Assembly (NCBI RefSeq): GCF_052425735.1
Contig: NC_135769.1
Coordinates: forward strand, 4,340,001-4,404,000
Source: Oculina patagonica
Taxonomy: Eukaryota
Direction: 5' to 3'
DNA: 64,000 nucleotides
In this document: positions 49,640 to 60,358 of the stretch, one piece after another
Layout of the letters: each line of letters starts with the position of its first letter
Position numbering within the stretch: position 1 is the stretch's first letter
Translations under genes and position numbers: made by a program
The notes under the pieces: generated by a model
What the model was told of the DNA's origin: nothing
Seen by the model: only the letters and a program-made list of their open reading frames with translations
Databases searched by the model: none

Positions 49640-51133
49640 AGCTTAATAGATTTTTTCGCTGGCTACTTATAAGGAGCACTAAAAATAGTTATTGAAAAAC
49701 AAATTGCTGCAAAAGGCCACTTGAAGCTAAGTTAATTTGGTTTTATTGAAATCTCCTTTTTCAGCAGCTGTAAGACTTAAAAGTACTACTTTATACTTTT
49801 CCAAGTTGCAATATTATAGCAAAAAGGGTCAAAAAGTACAATGCAAAACACTGAGAATAGCCGTTACACTTTTAAGTTTCCGGTGGAAGAAGAATTATGG
49901 CAGGAAAAGTACAAAACACTTAGAAGAGTAATGGCTGGAATGAATTATTAAATATTTTTTATCGATTTGTCTCCTTGTTAAAAAAATATCAAAAGCAGAA
50001 AATTCGCATACATTTGTTTGCATTTAGTAATTGAAGGCATGTTGATAAATAATGTTTAAACTGCTGCGAATTCTAACAAATGTTTAACTTGGTCGATAGG
50101 CTTACATGTATGCAATGTAAGTTCTGACAACGTATGCACTGACCGAGAAATATTTGGCTAATGTTATTGAAGCAGATATCTTATCTAAAATTCTTATTTT
50201 GATTCTTGTAGCTCTCAGTGAAAAGAGTTTTTTTTCTTGTGGCGTTTCATATTGTGATAAAGCGTCGTAACATGAAACTTATTCTTAATCTAAGGCCATC
50301 GATGTTTTTCTAACGTTTTTCCTGTCGCGCGAAAATCTCTTTTGAATCACCAATTCATGTACGTGAGGCGAAGGGGCAGAAAAGTGCCTTTACTTGAATA
50401 GCCTTTTATTGCAGACAGAATTAAATTGATCCTTCGAAGAACATCTTTGTTAGCTTGGCCACTTAAAATACAAGGACTAAAAAGAAGAAACAAAAGCAAA
50501 TCTCCGTAATATCCTTTAGAGATGATGAAAATATTACCCAAATGGAAAAGGGCTTCGTAATAGACCGATGCCGCAAAATTGAAGTTGTTAAAAAAGCATT
50601 TTACAGTAATTTGGAGGGATCGTCCATTGTAAAGCATGGAAATTAACAAAACCCTTTCCGGTTGCGGAAAATTTAGATTGAGTTTCAAAGGTTTTCTTTT
50701 CTCGATTCTAAATCATAGGCGGTGAATTTGCCCGACGTCTACTTTTTCGCATAATTAATTAAAGCTGTTATATACAATAAAAGATCGTGAACAAGTGGCA
50801 ATGTTTTTAGCTATCCACTGATATTAAAAATTATTTCAAAAAGTAAGAAATGCAATAAGAAGTTGGGAAGTATATTAGTTTTTAACCAAATTGGAAGGTT
50901 ATTAATTGCACTTTCTTCTAGGAAAAGAATTAAAAATTGAAATTTTTCTCGCTTAGTACAAAACAAAAACTTGACACGCGAACCGATTTTTTGTGTAAGA
51001 TTCAGTAATATTTGCCGAGATCTGGTAAAAGTTTTTTCTTCGCTTCTACTGTCCCAGTGAAGTATTCCAATTTAGAAAAGAATTTTCACAATATTCATCT
51101 TGTCGCAATCCAGAAATTTAATCAATCGACCTC

Positions 51134-51178
51134 ATCGCCTGGTGAAGAGTAGCAGTAAAGCAGTCGAAACGTCGCGAT
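51134..51178 (+). ncRNA. Degenerate minimal type-I hammerhead motif (Penelope-like)
   Basis: ATCGC-CTGGTGA-(imperfect stem II)-GAAAC-GTC-GCGAT; stem I pairs, stem III is palindromic ACGT, core A6 is G. Confidence 0.55.
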
Positions 51179-51848
51179 CAACAACTCAAGGTGACTCCGC
51201 CATCGTGAAACAAACGAACAAAAGTTATCCTTCAAACCACGATCAACAATAAACCCCATCTTTTTAACATCGTCCCAATAATTATAAGACTGATATCGTT
51301 GGTTCTACTGTTCAAGTAAGCGTAATTTTCTTCACGAATTCTACGACATTAACTAAAAAAGTGAACTTTTTCGATCTAAATTATCCTGCATAGTAAATGA
51401 TTTTATTTTTGAAGAGTGCGAGAGCCGCGTCAAAATGCTTGACTCATTATATCCACCTGAACCTTTCGAATCAATGCACGGAATATTTATTTCTATTATT
51501 GCCGATTGTTATATATATCTATATTTTGTATATATATTTATATCTGTCTATTCGTTTCACCTAATTCCCTGATAGTATATTGAATATGAGTGGGAAGGAT
51601 ATAATGTTGATCATACTTTCGTACCATCTGGTCTTGAAAGAGGAATTGAGCCGACAGTTTTCAAATCAGCTGATCAGAAAAACTCAAGACACCAGTTTTC
51701 GAATACCTCGCAACTAAAAACGCGCTTTTCGCCTGGACAAAAACGTATCACAAGACATGTTTACGCCTCAAAACTCTTTAACTTCCTACTGCAAATTTGC
51801 GAGGGCGTCGCATAGCCTAGAATGATACTGAAAAAAATCGATCAAAAT

Positions 51849-52244
51849 TAAACACCCGCGTGTAAGAACCTACATTTCAATTTGCAAAATAGGTTCTTGT
51901 ATTGGGGGTAGTTATTGGTATTTAGGCTAAGTAGTTCTTAATACGGTTCTTAATTTCTAAGGAGGAGCCATAGTTTTTGATTGTACGAGAAGAAAAAAAA
52001 TGGTTTGTCCTTCATTATACAGCATTTATTCATACTTATTCTTCAAGCCTCATGCAAGGTCCAAAGAAGACAATTACATCTATGTGAATCTGTCTTTTCT
52101 TTATTTTAAATAATTTGGATTTTTAAAAATGTTCCTATTTCTAGCCCAGAACCTCGTTGCTTCACGGTTCTTTTTAGGTATTAAAATAGCAAATTCTCCA
52201 GCAGGTTCTTAAACCACAAGGTTCTTACACGCGGGTGTTTACTG
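51849..52244. mobile_element. Tc1/mariner-like MITE
   Basis: TIR TAAACACCCGCGTGTAAGAACCT...AGGTTCTTACACGCGGGTGTTTA(CTG|TA); internal GGTTCTTA repeats. Confidence 0.8.
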
Positions 52245-54587
52245 TAGAAAAAAAAGGAATAATTCCGTTTCCAGTATTGAGGGTCTTGATCGAAGGAACG
52301 AAACTCCCTGCTTTCATTGTGTTACCCCGCGAAGGCTACGATTGTCGAATTGTATCCCGCGCGGGCTGCATTTGAATTTAGTCGTTAGCACGTGACCAAG
52401 AAGCAACCAATGAGAGTGCGCGTTAGATCCTCAAAACTGCAGCTGTGCACTGTAAACATGTCTTTTGTAAATTACTATGCCAGTGTACTTATGCTAAAAA
52501 CAAGCCATATTATTGATGCCATCAGGAACTTTAGTTCTCAACCTGAAAAAAGTAAGCTGACTTTTTATTTCGTTTCCTCAGAGGCGAAATGGCATTGTTT
52601 TGGATTCGATGCGAACTAGGGGTCTACTATCCAATCAGAAGAACGCTCGTAATCACAATGTCCACACGTTTTAGATGAAGCAAACAACTTGGTAAAAACA
52701 TGTCCTTCAATATCAAAAATATATTCGTCAGGAAGATGAAAAGTTATACAGGTTGATTACAAATAGAATACCTGACGACTGCGATACTTCTTAGTTCGAT
52801 TCAGTGATGTTTTGGTGACAAAATATAGTAAGAACCCTTTCCGTGTTTAATTGTTATGAAAATATTCTAGATATACTTTCTATCAGATACCCATGTTTCT
52901 ATTCAATGGTTGACTTTGTAAATTTTCCACCAATAAGAGCGCTTAGCTGAGAACAAACAAGACTGGATGTCTTCGGATGTCTCGTGTTTGCTGGCATGGA
53001 AGGGTAAAGGAATTTGCATGCATGCAAAAAACTTGACTGTTTCGCAATTCTCGACCTAGGATGTTGGCAATTAATTTACAAACCCATCAATCTTCGACCT
53101 TTCCCGCCATACTTTTCACTTATATTTTTATTTTGCTTATCGTTCCGCCATCCGGAAACGATTTAGTTTGAAATAGCTGCTTGTTGAAGTTCTGCCCGCC
53201 TTGTGGCCTGGAAAACAGCCAAAAACTTACAACCTCACCCGTCTTGCTTCAGCAGCAATTCACTTTATGTCTTCATCTTGATGTTCTAGGCGCATTCCGT
53301 GTAGGAGCGAGAGTACTTCGCCAATTTCAGTACTTTTTACTAAAGAGCACGCGATAAATCGCCGTGACAGTGTCCCTTTATAAGTAACCAGCATGAACTA
53401 TAACTGTTCCATGGTTTCCAAAGACAACCATGAACTAAGAAATTAAACACAAGTCGTGATCATGCACATAGGAAATTTGGCAAAAGAGTCCATTAATCCG
53501 GCTCGGATTCACTGATATTTTGCAAAAGCGAGCGTTTCTTATCTCTGTACGGTCAATCAACAACAACAAATTAAACAAGTCTTTCTTAAAATCAATAATG
53601 CGTGCTTATTTCTCGTTTCGTCCCAAACGATAACGACAATTAAGGACCGATGGGTCTATAAGTCTACGGTTAATAATTACAGTAATGACCGCCCCGGTAA
53701 CAATCTTTTTCATTTTTAGCCGAAATGTACTCAAATCTGACATTGGCTGGTATTATTAGATCGTATCCTGTTTATTCAATGAACACTACAATCGGTCTTT
53801 ATTAATATACTGGACAAAAACTTGACGATCTGCAGTTTTTATTAAAGAATTTATTAAGTTTCCTACAAGATTCATAAACTCTTCCGCTTCAGTTCTTGCA
53901 TCAGGAAACGGTTTCAGTCATATACTTTTCACCATTGCAGTTTCAATCCGTTTAAATCTGCAGAATTCCTCGTTTCGGTAAACACAAATTTATTTTCTTT
54001 TACACTCGCCGAAAGCAAACATCCTTACTTTCAGTAAATACAACTGGGTATGTAAATCGAAATTTTCCCCAATCGTTACTATTTAAATGAGATCTAGAGT
54101 GAAGCGCACGATTATTACTCTAAAGCTCAAACGTAGTGACTAAGATTTTCGTACGGAGTGGACGACAGCTCAATTCAAGGTTGTTAAAGCGCATTGACTT
54201 GAATTTCTAATCGAGATTTTGCGATACAAGTTCAAAAGGAAACAACAATAGTAGCGCTATTCTGATCTATGGTGAAGATCAGCAGCTGTCCATACGCAGC
54301 TAACGAAATATTCCCCCAGGTATCAACATTTGCAGGCAAGACAGGCAAGGACGTCTCTTTGCGGTCAGCACAGCAAGGCCCAGATTTCATTAGAAAGCAA
54401 GGAAGCACAGTCTCTTTGCAAAATACTTGAATGATATTTATTTTATTGTTATTATTGACGTGTAGGAAGTTAAACTTTGGAAAAAGAAACATTTTCGGTA
54501 TAGCTGTTGCGAAGTGCATCAAGAAAGCAGCCACTGGCAACGGACAGTAGGAACGTTTTCAGGTATTTGTCATCTTGAAAATTCCAG

Positions 54588-55634
54588 ATGAATTCCTCGA
54601 TTTCGGGCTTGGCTCCAGAAAACTTTACTTTAATACCAGGCCAAACTTTGCAGCCGCAAAATGAATCTGATTACAAGACATCATATTGCGACCATCGACT
54701 TGATGTGGTGTTTTGGGTGGTCAATGGCATAATCGGTGTGGTTATCTTACTAGGGAACAGTTTTACATGCGCTGTATTCTTATCCAACTCTTACTTGAGA
54801 CGGAATTACATGAATATCTATCTGATAAGCCTTTCTATGGCCGATATTTCAATGGCAGTGTTAGTGGTGCCGGGTTTTGCCGCATTTTGTAGTGGTTGCA
54901 CTTATAAATGGAGCGAGTACTGCTGGTTTTTCGGAGGCGCGCGAGACATTGCGTTTCCTGCTACCGTCCTCAATCTACTGGCCATCACCTATGATAGATA
55001 CACAGCCGTTATAAGACCGTTGCATTACGCAGCGACGATGACAAATCGCAAGGTTTTCACCATTCTTCTAGCTGTCTGGTTGACACCGCTAATCGTTTCG
55101 TCCCTGAGAAATATTTGGCATCATTCGTGGAGCGAAGAAGCGGTCAAAAACGCTGAAACAGTTTACAACGCAGTACTGGCTACAATGTTTGCGTTGTCGC
55201 CACTCCCTGTGTTGCTAATAGTGAACCTTAAGATTATGAGAGCTATAAAGAACCATGGACAGCGAATTCACGCAGATATGGTAGAGCGAATGTCTTTCAC
55301 GAATCACACGGACAGAGGATTTTCCACCCGGCAAATCGATAAAGAATTCGGCAGTAGTGCTGCAATAAACGAACAAAATCGCAGAAATACTTCACGAAGG
55401 AGAAAAGGAACCATGTCCTGTGTTTTTGTTGTTTTGATTTTTATTATTTCTTGGCTTCCGAGAGCTTATCTGAATTTGTGCAGCCTTTTCGGCCGACAAG
55501 ACTTAACGAGCCCATTGCTCGTAAAACTTTCTTTGTTTTTTCTCTTTTTCCAGTCTTCGGTCAACCCTGTAATTTATTCTTTTTTTAGAAATGATTTTCG
55601 CCAAGCGGCCCGCCGATTAATTAAACGGCACTAA
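54588..55634 (+). CDS. Class A orphan GPCR, family member 8 (348 aa)
   Basis: 7TM; GN, SLSMAD, YDRY, SWLP, NPVIY; longest ICL3. Confidence 0.95.
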   Translation: MNSSISGLAPENFTLIPGQTLQPQNESDYKTSYCDHRLDVVFWVVNGIIGVVILLGNSFTCAVFLSNSYLRRNYMNIYLISLSMADISMAVLVVPGFAAFCSGCTYKWSEYCWFFGGARDIAFPATVLNLLAITYDRYTAVIRPLHYAATMTNRKVFTILLAVWLTPLIVSSLRNIWHHSWSEEAVKNAETVYNAVLATMFALSPLPVLLIVNLKIMRAIKNHGQRIHADMVERMSFTNHTDRGFSTRQIDKEFGSSAAINEQNRRNTSRRRKGTMSCVFVVLIFIISWLPRAYLNLCSLFGRQDLTSPLLVKLSLFFLFFQSSVNPVIYSFFRNDFRQAARRLIKRH

Positions 55635-55789
55635 CTGGGCAAATCTGCAATATGCCCGGCGAAAGTTTAAAGTAAATTCAGCTAAGATCTGACAGATCGG
55701 TGCGAAAAAGCTCTTTTCCGTAAACTCATTGAAGATACGTTTCTGGTTGGTACAGAAAGTGTGAAAGCACTCAGTCAAAATTAACTAAA

Positions 55790-57810
55790 GTAAGGACTAG
55801 AGGGCTAATTAGGGACGCGCCAAAGATGGGGAGCCGATTCTCTACAGCAAACACCATCAGAGTGATGTGGATGACGCCTCTGAGAGACCCCCCAGTGGCA
55901 CAGGTGCCCCGCCACCAGAACAGATCCCCCCCGACTGGGAGAATCCACCCCGGAGCGCAGGTGGGGCCAGTGCGAGGCCCACCCAGGAGCCCCCGCAGCC
56001 CCAGCTCCCGCCCACCCGACACCCGAGAGGGGGGGGGGGGGGAGCCCCCCCCCGCCAGCCCCGGGCCCGGAGCGTCAAATAATTTCGCTCGCTTTTACGA
56101 ACTCCGGGGAGGGGCTCCTCCTCCACCCCCCCTTGTACGATGTGGGGTGTGATTGCTTGTACGTCCGAGTAGTTAGATACCGCAGTCCGTGCTTTTTGTC
56201 GTGCTTTTTGTTTTTTGGTTCTTGCGGTCGTTGGGTTTTCTTCTGCTTTTTCTTTTCTTTTTCTTGTTTTCTTGTTAGTGGCGGTCTGGGTAGTTCAGTC
56301 CTGTTGTGCAGTATGAGCTCTGTGCCTAGTCAGCGACTGCGCTTTCCTTCCCGTTTCCTTTCCGCTGTTTTGAGCGCCTTTCAGTTGTCTCTTTAGTCGA
56401 CATAAGGGGTCTTTGATTGTGAGAGCGTTTCAGTGTCTCGTGCGGAGTAGTGCTTACACTCTTTTTCTCTTTCGAGGTCTTGTGACTTTTTCATTTTGCG
56501 AGTTTTATTTCTGTTTGTCTTTTTTTCCCGATATACTATTTAGATCTGATGCCACCTTTGTATGATTTTCTCTTTTTTGATTCTTTTCCCTCGTTTTTTT
56601 TTCCCGTATTGTGAGGGCGTGTTCTCCTCTGTTTCGGGTTCCTTCCCTGCGCGAGGTCCCGCGTTTGTTCTATTATTTTTTGTTTAATTCTTTTGTTTTT
56701 TATTTTTCATTTTAGATGTGTGCTTTGTTCTTTTTGTTTTCTTGAGTTGATTTCCGAGGCTCAGCGGTGTCGCTAGTGTCTTGCGTCTGCTCGCGTCCTT
56801 CTTTTCGGCGCGGCGGAGGGCCTCGGGTGCCGGAGTGTGCGTTTGTTTTCTTTTTTTTGCTGTCGTCTGTGTGGCGGTTCAGCTGCTTGTTGTCGTGTCT
56901 TTTTCTTTCGTGGCGCGGTGCGGCTCGCTAGTGCCTGTGATGCGGTGTGCCGCCGGCTTTGCCTTGTTTTTTTTAGGATCGTTCGGGGGTGTGTGTTTTC
57001 TTCTTTTTCCTGAAGCTTTTTAGCCCCGTTAGTGCCCGGGTCCTCTGCGTTCGCCCATCTTTGTGTTTTTTCTTTTTTTTTTTTTTTGTTCAGTACAGTT
57101 CCCCCCTCCAACACATCTTCTCTTCTCCAGTGCCCATTTTGGTAGCTCTTTCTTTTGCTATTCTTTGTGCTTTGAATTAGATGTGTTGGTTCTGTTGTAG
57201 TCCTATTCAGAAGCGTTGTAGATTCTCATCGTTCTTAAGATTGCTAGGTGCTTTTTTTCTCTTTTCTTGTGTCTCTGTTTGTTGTTGTGTTTTGTTAGAG
57301 GAGCTTGCGGTGGTGGTGTTTGTTTTGGTGGTCGCATCGCATGCAGTCGCTTTTTTTTTTGTGTTCTGAGTCCTGTCTCTGGTGTCAGTGATTGAGAGCT
57401 CCCTAGTGTGACGCGCCGCTGCCTAGTGTGTAGCACTTCTCTTTTGCTCTCGTGGTGGTGCTTTGAGTGTTGTGGTGGTCGTCTCGACTGTTTGCTCTGA
57501 CCGCTTTTTCTGTGAATCGGTCGTGCTGATGGGACTGTCTTTGGGCCCCAGTAGGGGGGGGGGGTGGTGGAGCCTGGGGGGTAGCGGAGCCTAGCGTTGA
57601 GTTGTGTGACGGAGCGTCTGATCGCGTAGCAGGGAATCTTTGGTTGTCAGGTGTCTTTGTGCTCCCCCCCTTACTGAGAAGTGATAGTTTTATTGTAGTG
57701 CGGGCTAGAGGTGATATTGTGTTTGTTCGCTGCTCTTAGTTCTGTTTGTTGGGGTTTGTTGTCTGTCTGGGTTGCCCCCTTCTGGGTCTTTTGTCTGTTT
57801 CTCTGACAAT
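55790..57810 (-). mobile_element. Extremely degenerate LINE (RTE-like) remnant or low-accuracy sequence
   Basis: Sharp A depletion on the plus strand and many homopolymers. Minus-strand translations weakly echo the RTE endonuclease (GGTVL..K..W ~ GGTLF.HK..TW) and the RTE C-terminal W.GH...GKR.RGRP region. Confidence 0.4.
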
Positions 57811-58136
57811 GACACTTAAAGCAAAAATAAATGGCTTGTTCTTGAACGTTTAAAAAATGGTTTAATGTTGTTCTTTGCTGCCTTTAAGTAGTACACCAGA
57901 CGAATTGCCCACAAAAATTTAAAATAGAATCAACAAAATACTAAACGACAGAAAATCCTAAAAGCAATTTTATTAACCATATCATTCGAGAACGTGTTTA
58001 CGTGGGAGCAGGTGAAATATTTGACGACCCTATTTATGTATCTCTAGGCTGCACATTCTTAAATATTTTTCCAAAATATCCAAAACAATACCAACCAGAC
58101 CAAAGTGGCTCAGAGACTCAAAATCAGGGGGCTGCA

Positions 58137-58239
58137 TAACCTGCGATCAGGCGTTCTTTTTTTTCGCGGCTGAAGGAAAGAGAAAAAAGGAACTTATTTT
58201 TCCTCCCGCTGCAAAATAAGAATGCCTGATCGCAGGTTA
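58137..58239. mobile_element. 103-bp MITE, 22-bp TIR, 9-bp TSD
   Basis: GGGGCTGCA|TAACCTGCGATCAGGC...GCCTGATCGCAGGTTA|GGGGCTGCA. Confidence 0.9.
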
Positions 58240-60358
58240 GGGGCTGCATTAAACCAATTACTGGAGAAATAGTTACAAAGCAATTGGTGATTTTCAAAAG
58301 TCTTCTCCGGGGAAACTTGGTGGGTCTTCGATTATTCCAGCTACTATTATCTGCTGCGTTTAATAACTTTAACCACCATTCGGATATCATCATGAAAAAA
58401 TATATATCAATTTTTAATTACACTTGTTTTCATTTGTTTATATACTGTTCTTATTATGCGTTTTAAAGTGCCGATCTCTGGAAAGAGTTAATCACTTAAA
58501 TGGGAGTTTCATATTAGATTTCTGTTTTCAAAATATAAGGCGTTTACGCAGCTCTGACGGACTAGAGAGCCCAAAGAAGATATCCATTGAATGCTTAGTG
58601 TTTTTTGTAAATGCAGCTTTGCGATTATTTCTCTGGCCTGTATTCAGTTTGTCTTTTGTTGTCAGATTATCCTTAAACAGAATCGGCCTATCAGGCGAGT
58701 TTGTTCGAGCTATGGTTCGTATTTGGCGAAAAGCAGTCAATCAAAAATACCCATGGCGGGACCAAACGAGCCTGATTTGCCGCCGAGGCGAAATACGATT
58801 GGGTATTTGCCGTTCCCAAGTTCAGCTTAACCTCAGCAAAGGACTTGATATATATCGCAGGAAATCGATCAGGACAGTATACAAGGCTTCCGATTGGCTT
58901 ATTGCGACTTTAGGCACGATAACAGGCTCACGTTTAATTTGGGTCACATTCACGAGCCTTTTCGCTCGCGGACTCAAGCCCGCGGCCTTGCGATCGCGAG
59001 AGTGACCCAAATGTGGCTGCTAGAACTAAAGAGAACTGAAGATAGTAATTCCCCTCTTACTCTATAAAAAGGAGAATTATTTCACTGTCAAGACTGTCAA
59101 TAGAATTAAGTTGCAAGAATCATGAACCGTGGCCGTGGCTTGTATGACGCAGCGTTTCGTCCCAGCCAAGGGACTTTTCAGATACTTAGCTTTCCTGAAG
59201 GAGTCAAGGTTGACTAGGCGCAACAAATGCTATTTTTTTTCTCCTAATCCCTCGATCCGCAACTATTTTCGTTTAATCCGAATGCGCATTACTTGAAAGT
59301 TCCTGTTGTATAGTTTCACTGCAACGACTGTAGTTGTTAATTTTTTTAAACCGATTGTTTAAGAAGTTTCCTATTATCGATCGCTATTTTATATGAATGT
59401 TAAGTTACAGAATTATGTTAAACATTAATATAATCCCTAAACGAAGTTCCCATGATCCGAACCTCAGGCAGACAGAGCCTGGAATCCAGGCCAAATTTCT
59501 CAGCTGATCTTGGTTACGCCGTACGACGGTAGTTTCGAAATCCACGAATCCGCTCAATTTATGTCAAAGGTCCGCATCCCTGCGCGTTTTAATGCCAAAT
59601 TTGTCCATCCGCGAACCTATTCATCCCCCCCCCCCCCCCTTGAAGAGACGTCCCTTTGCCGAGAGGAGACGCAGCGAAACACTAGCCATGATTTACGAAT
59701 TCGCTTATATTTAATTTGGTCCGTTTCGTGTTGTTGTTCAGGACTGAAGTGCTCCAAATACCAGGCACGGGATATCAACTCTAACCCAGTCCCTACTTAT
59801 TACAAATAAGTCGAGAAGGCATGGGCCTTGAAGGATGATCAAGGGCGCGTGTAGTCTTGGGAGGAATGATTACTGGTTTGCAATAAACTCGCGCTTTAAC
59901 AGAAAGCGATCTACAAAACACGTGGTGCGAATTTATACGCGTGTACGCGTGTGCACGTGGCACGATTTTATACACCTGTTCGGACAGACCTAAGCAAGTT
60001 TTTTATAAGTTTGTAAAAAAACGGAAGTTTCGAAATTAAAACTGCGCCGTGTCAAATCAATCATTTGTTAAAGCTTCAGCGCCTTTGAGAATAAGCCAAC
60101 CATTTAATTTACTTCTCACCCGTAATGCATCTGTTATTTACACTGGCAACACTAAACGTGACTTAAAACAACTGCTGAAAAAATAACATCGAGCTCCTAA
60201 GTGCTTTAATTAGGCAGCTTTATCCGCTGCAATATAACTTTTCCTGCAAATTGATTTAGTACATGCAAGGTAAATTAAATGAATCGTACTCTAGGCAGTC
60301 AGTTTTGTTTAAGCTAGCTCACAGTACGTGCAGAATTTGGATCTTTGTAAGCTCAGCT

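Noticed and set aside
55771-57436. Pro/Gly-rich and Lys- or Phe-rich ORFs
   Set aside because: They are low-complexity products of a compositionally skewed segment.
58424-59005. 193-aa ORF as a gene
   Set aside because: It has a TTG start, no recognisable domain, and lies among repeat fragments.
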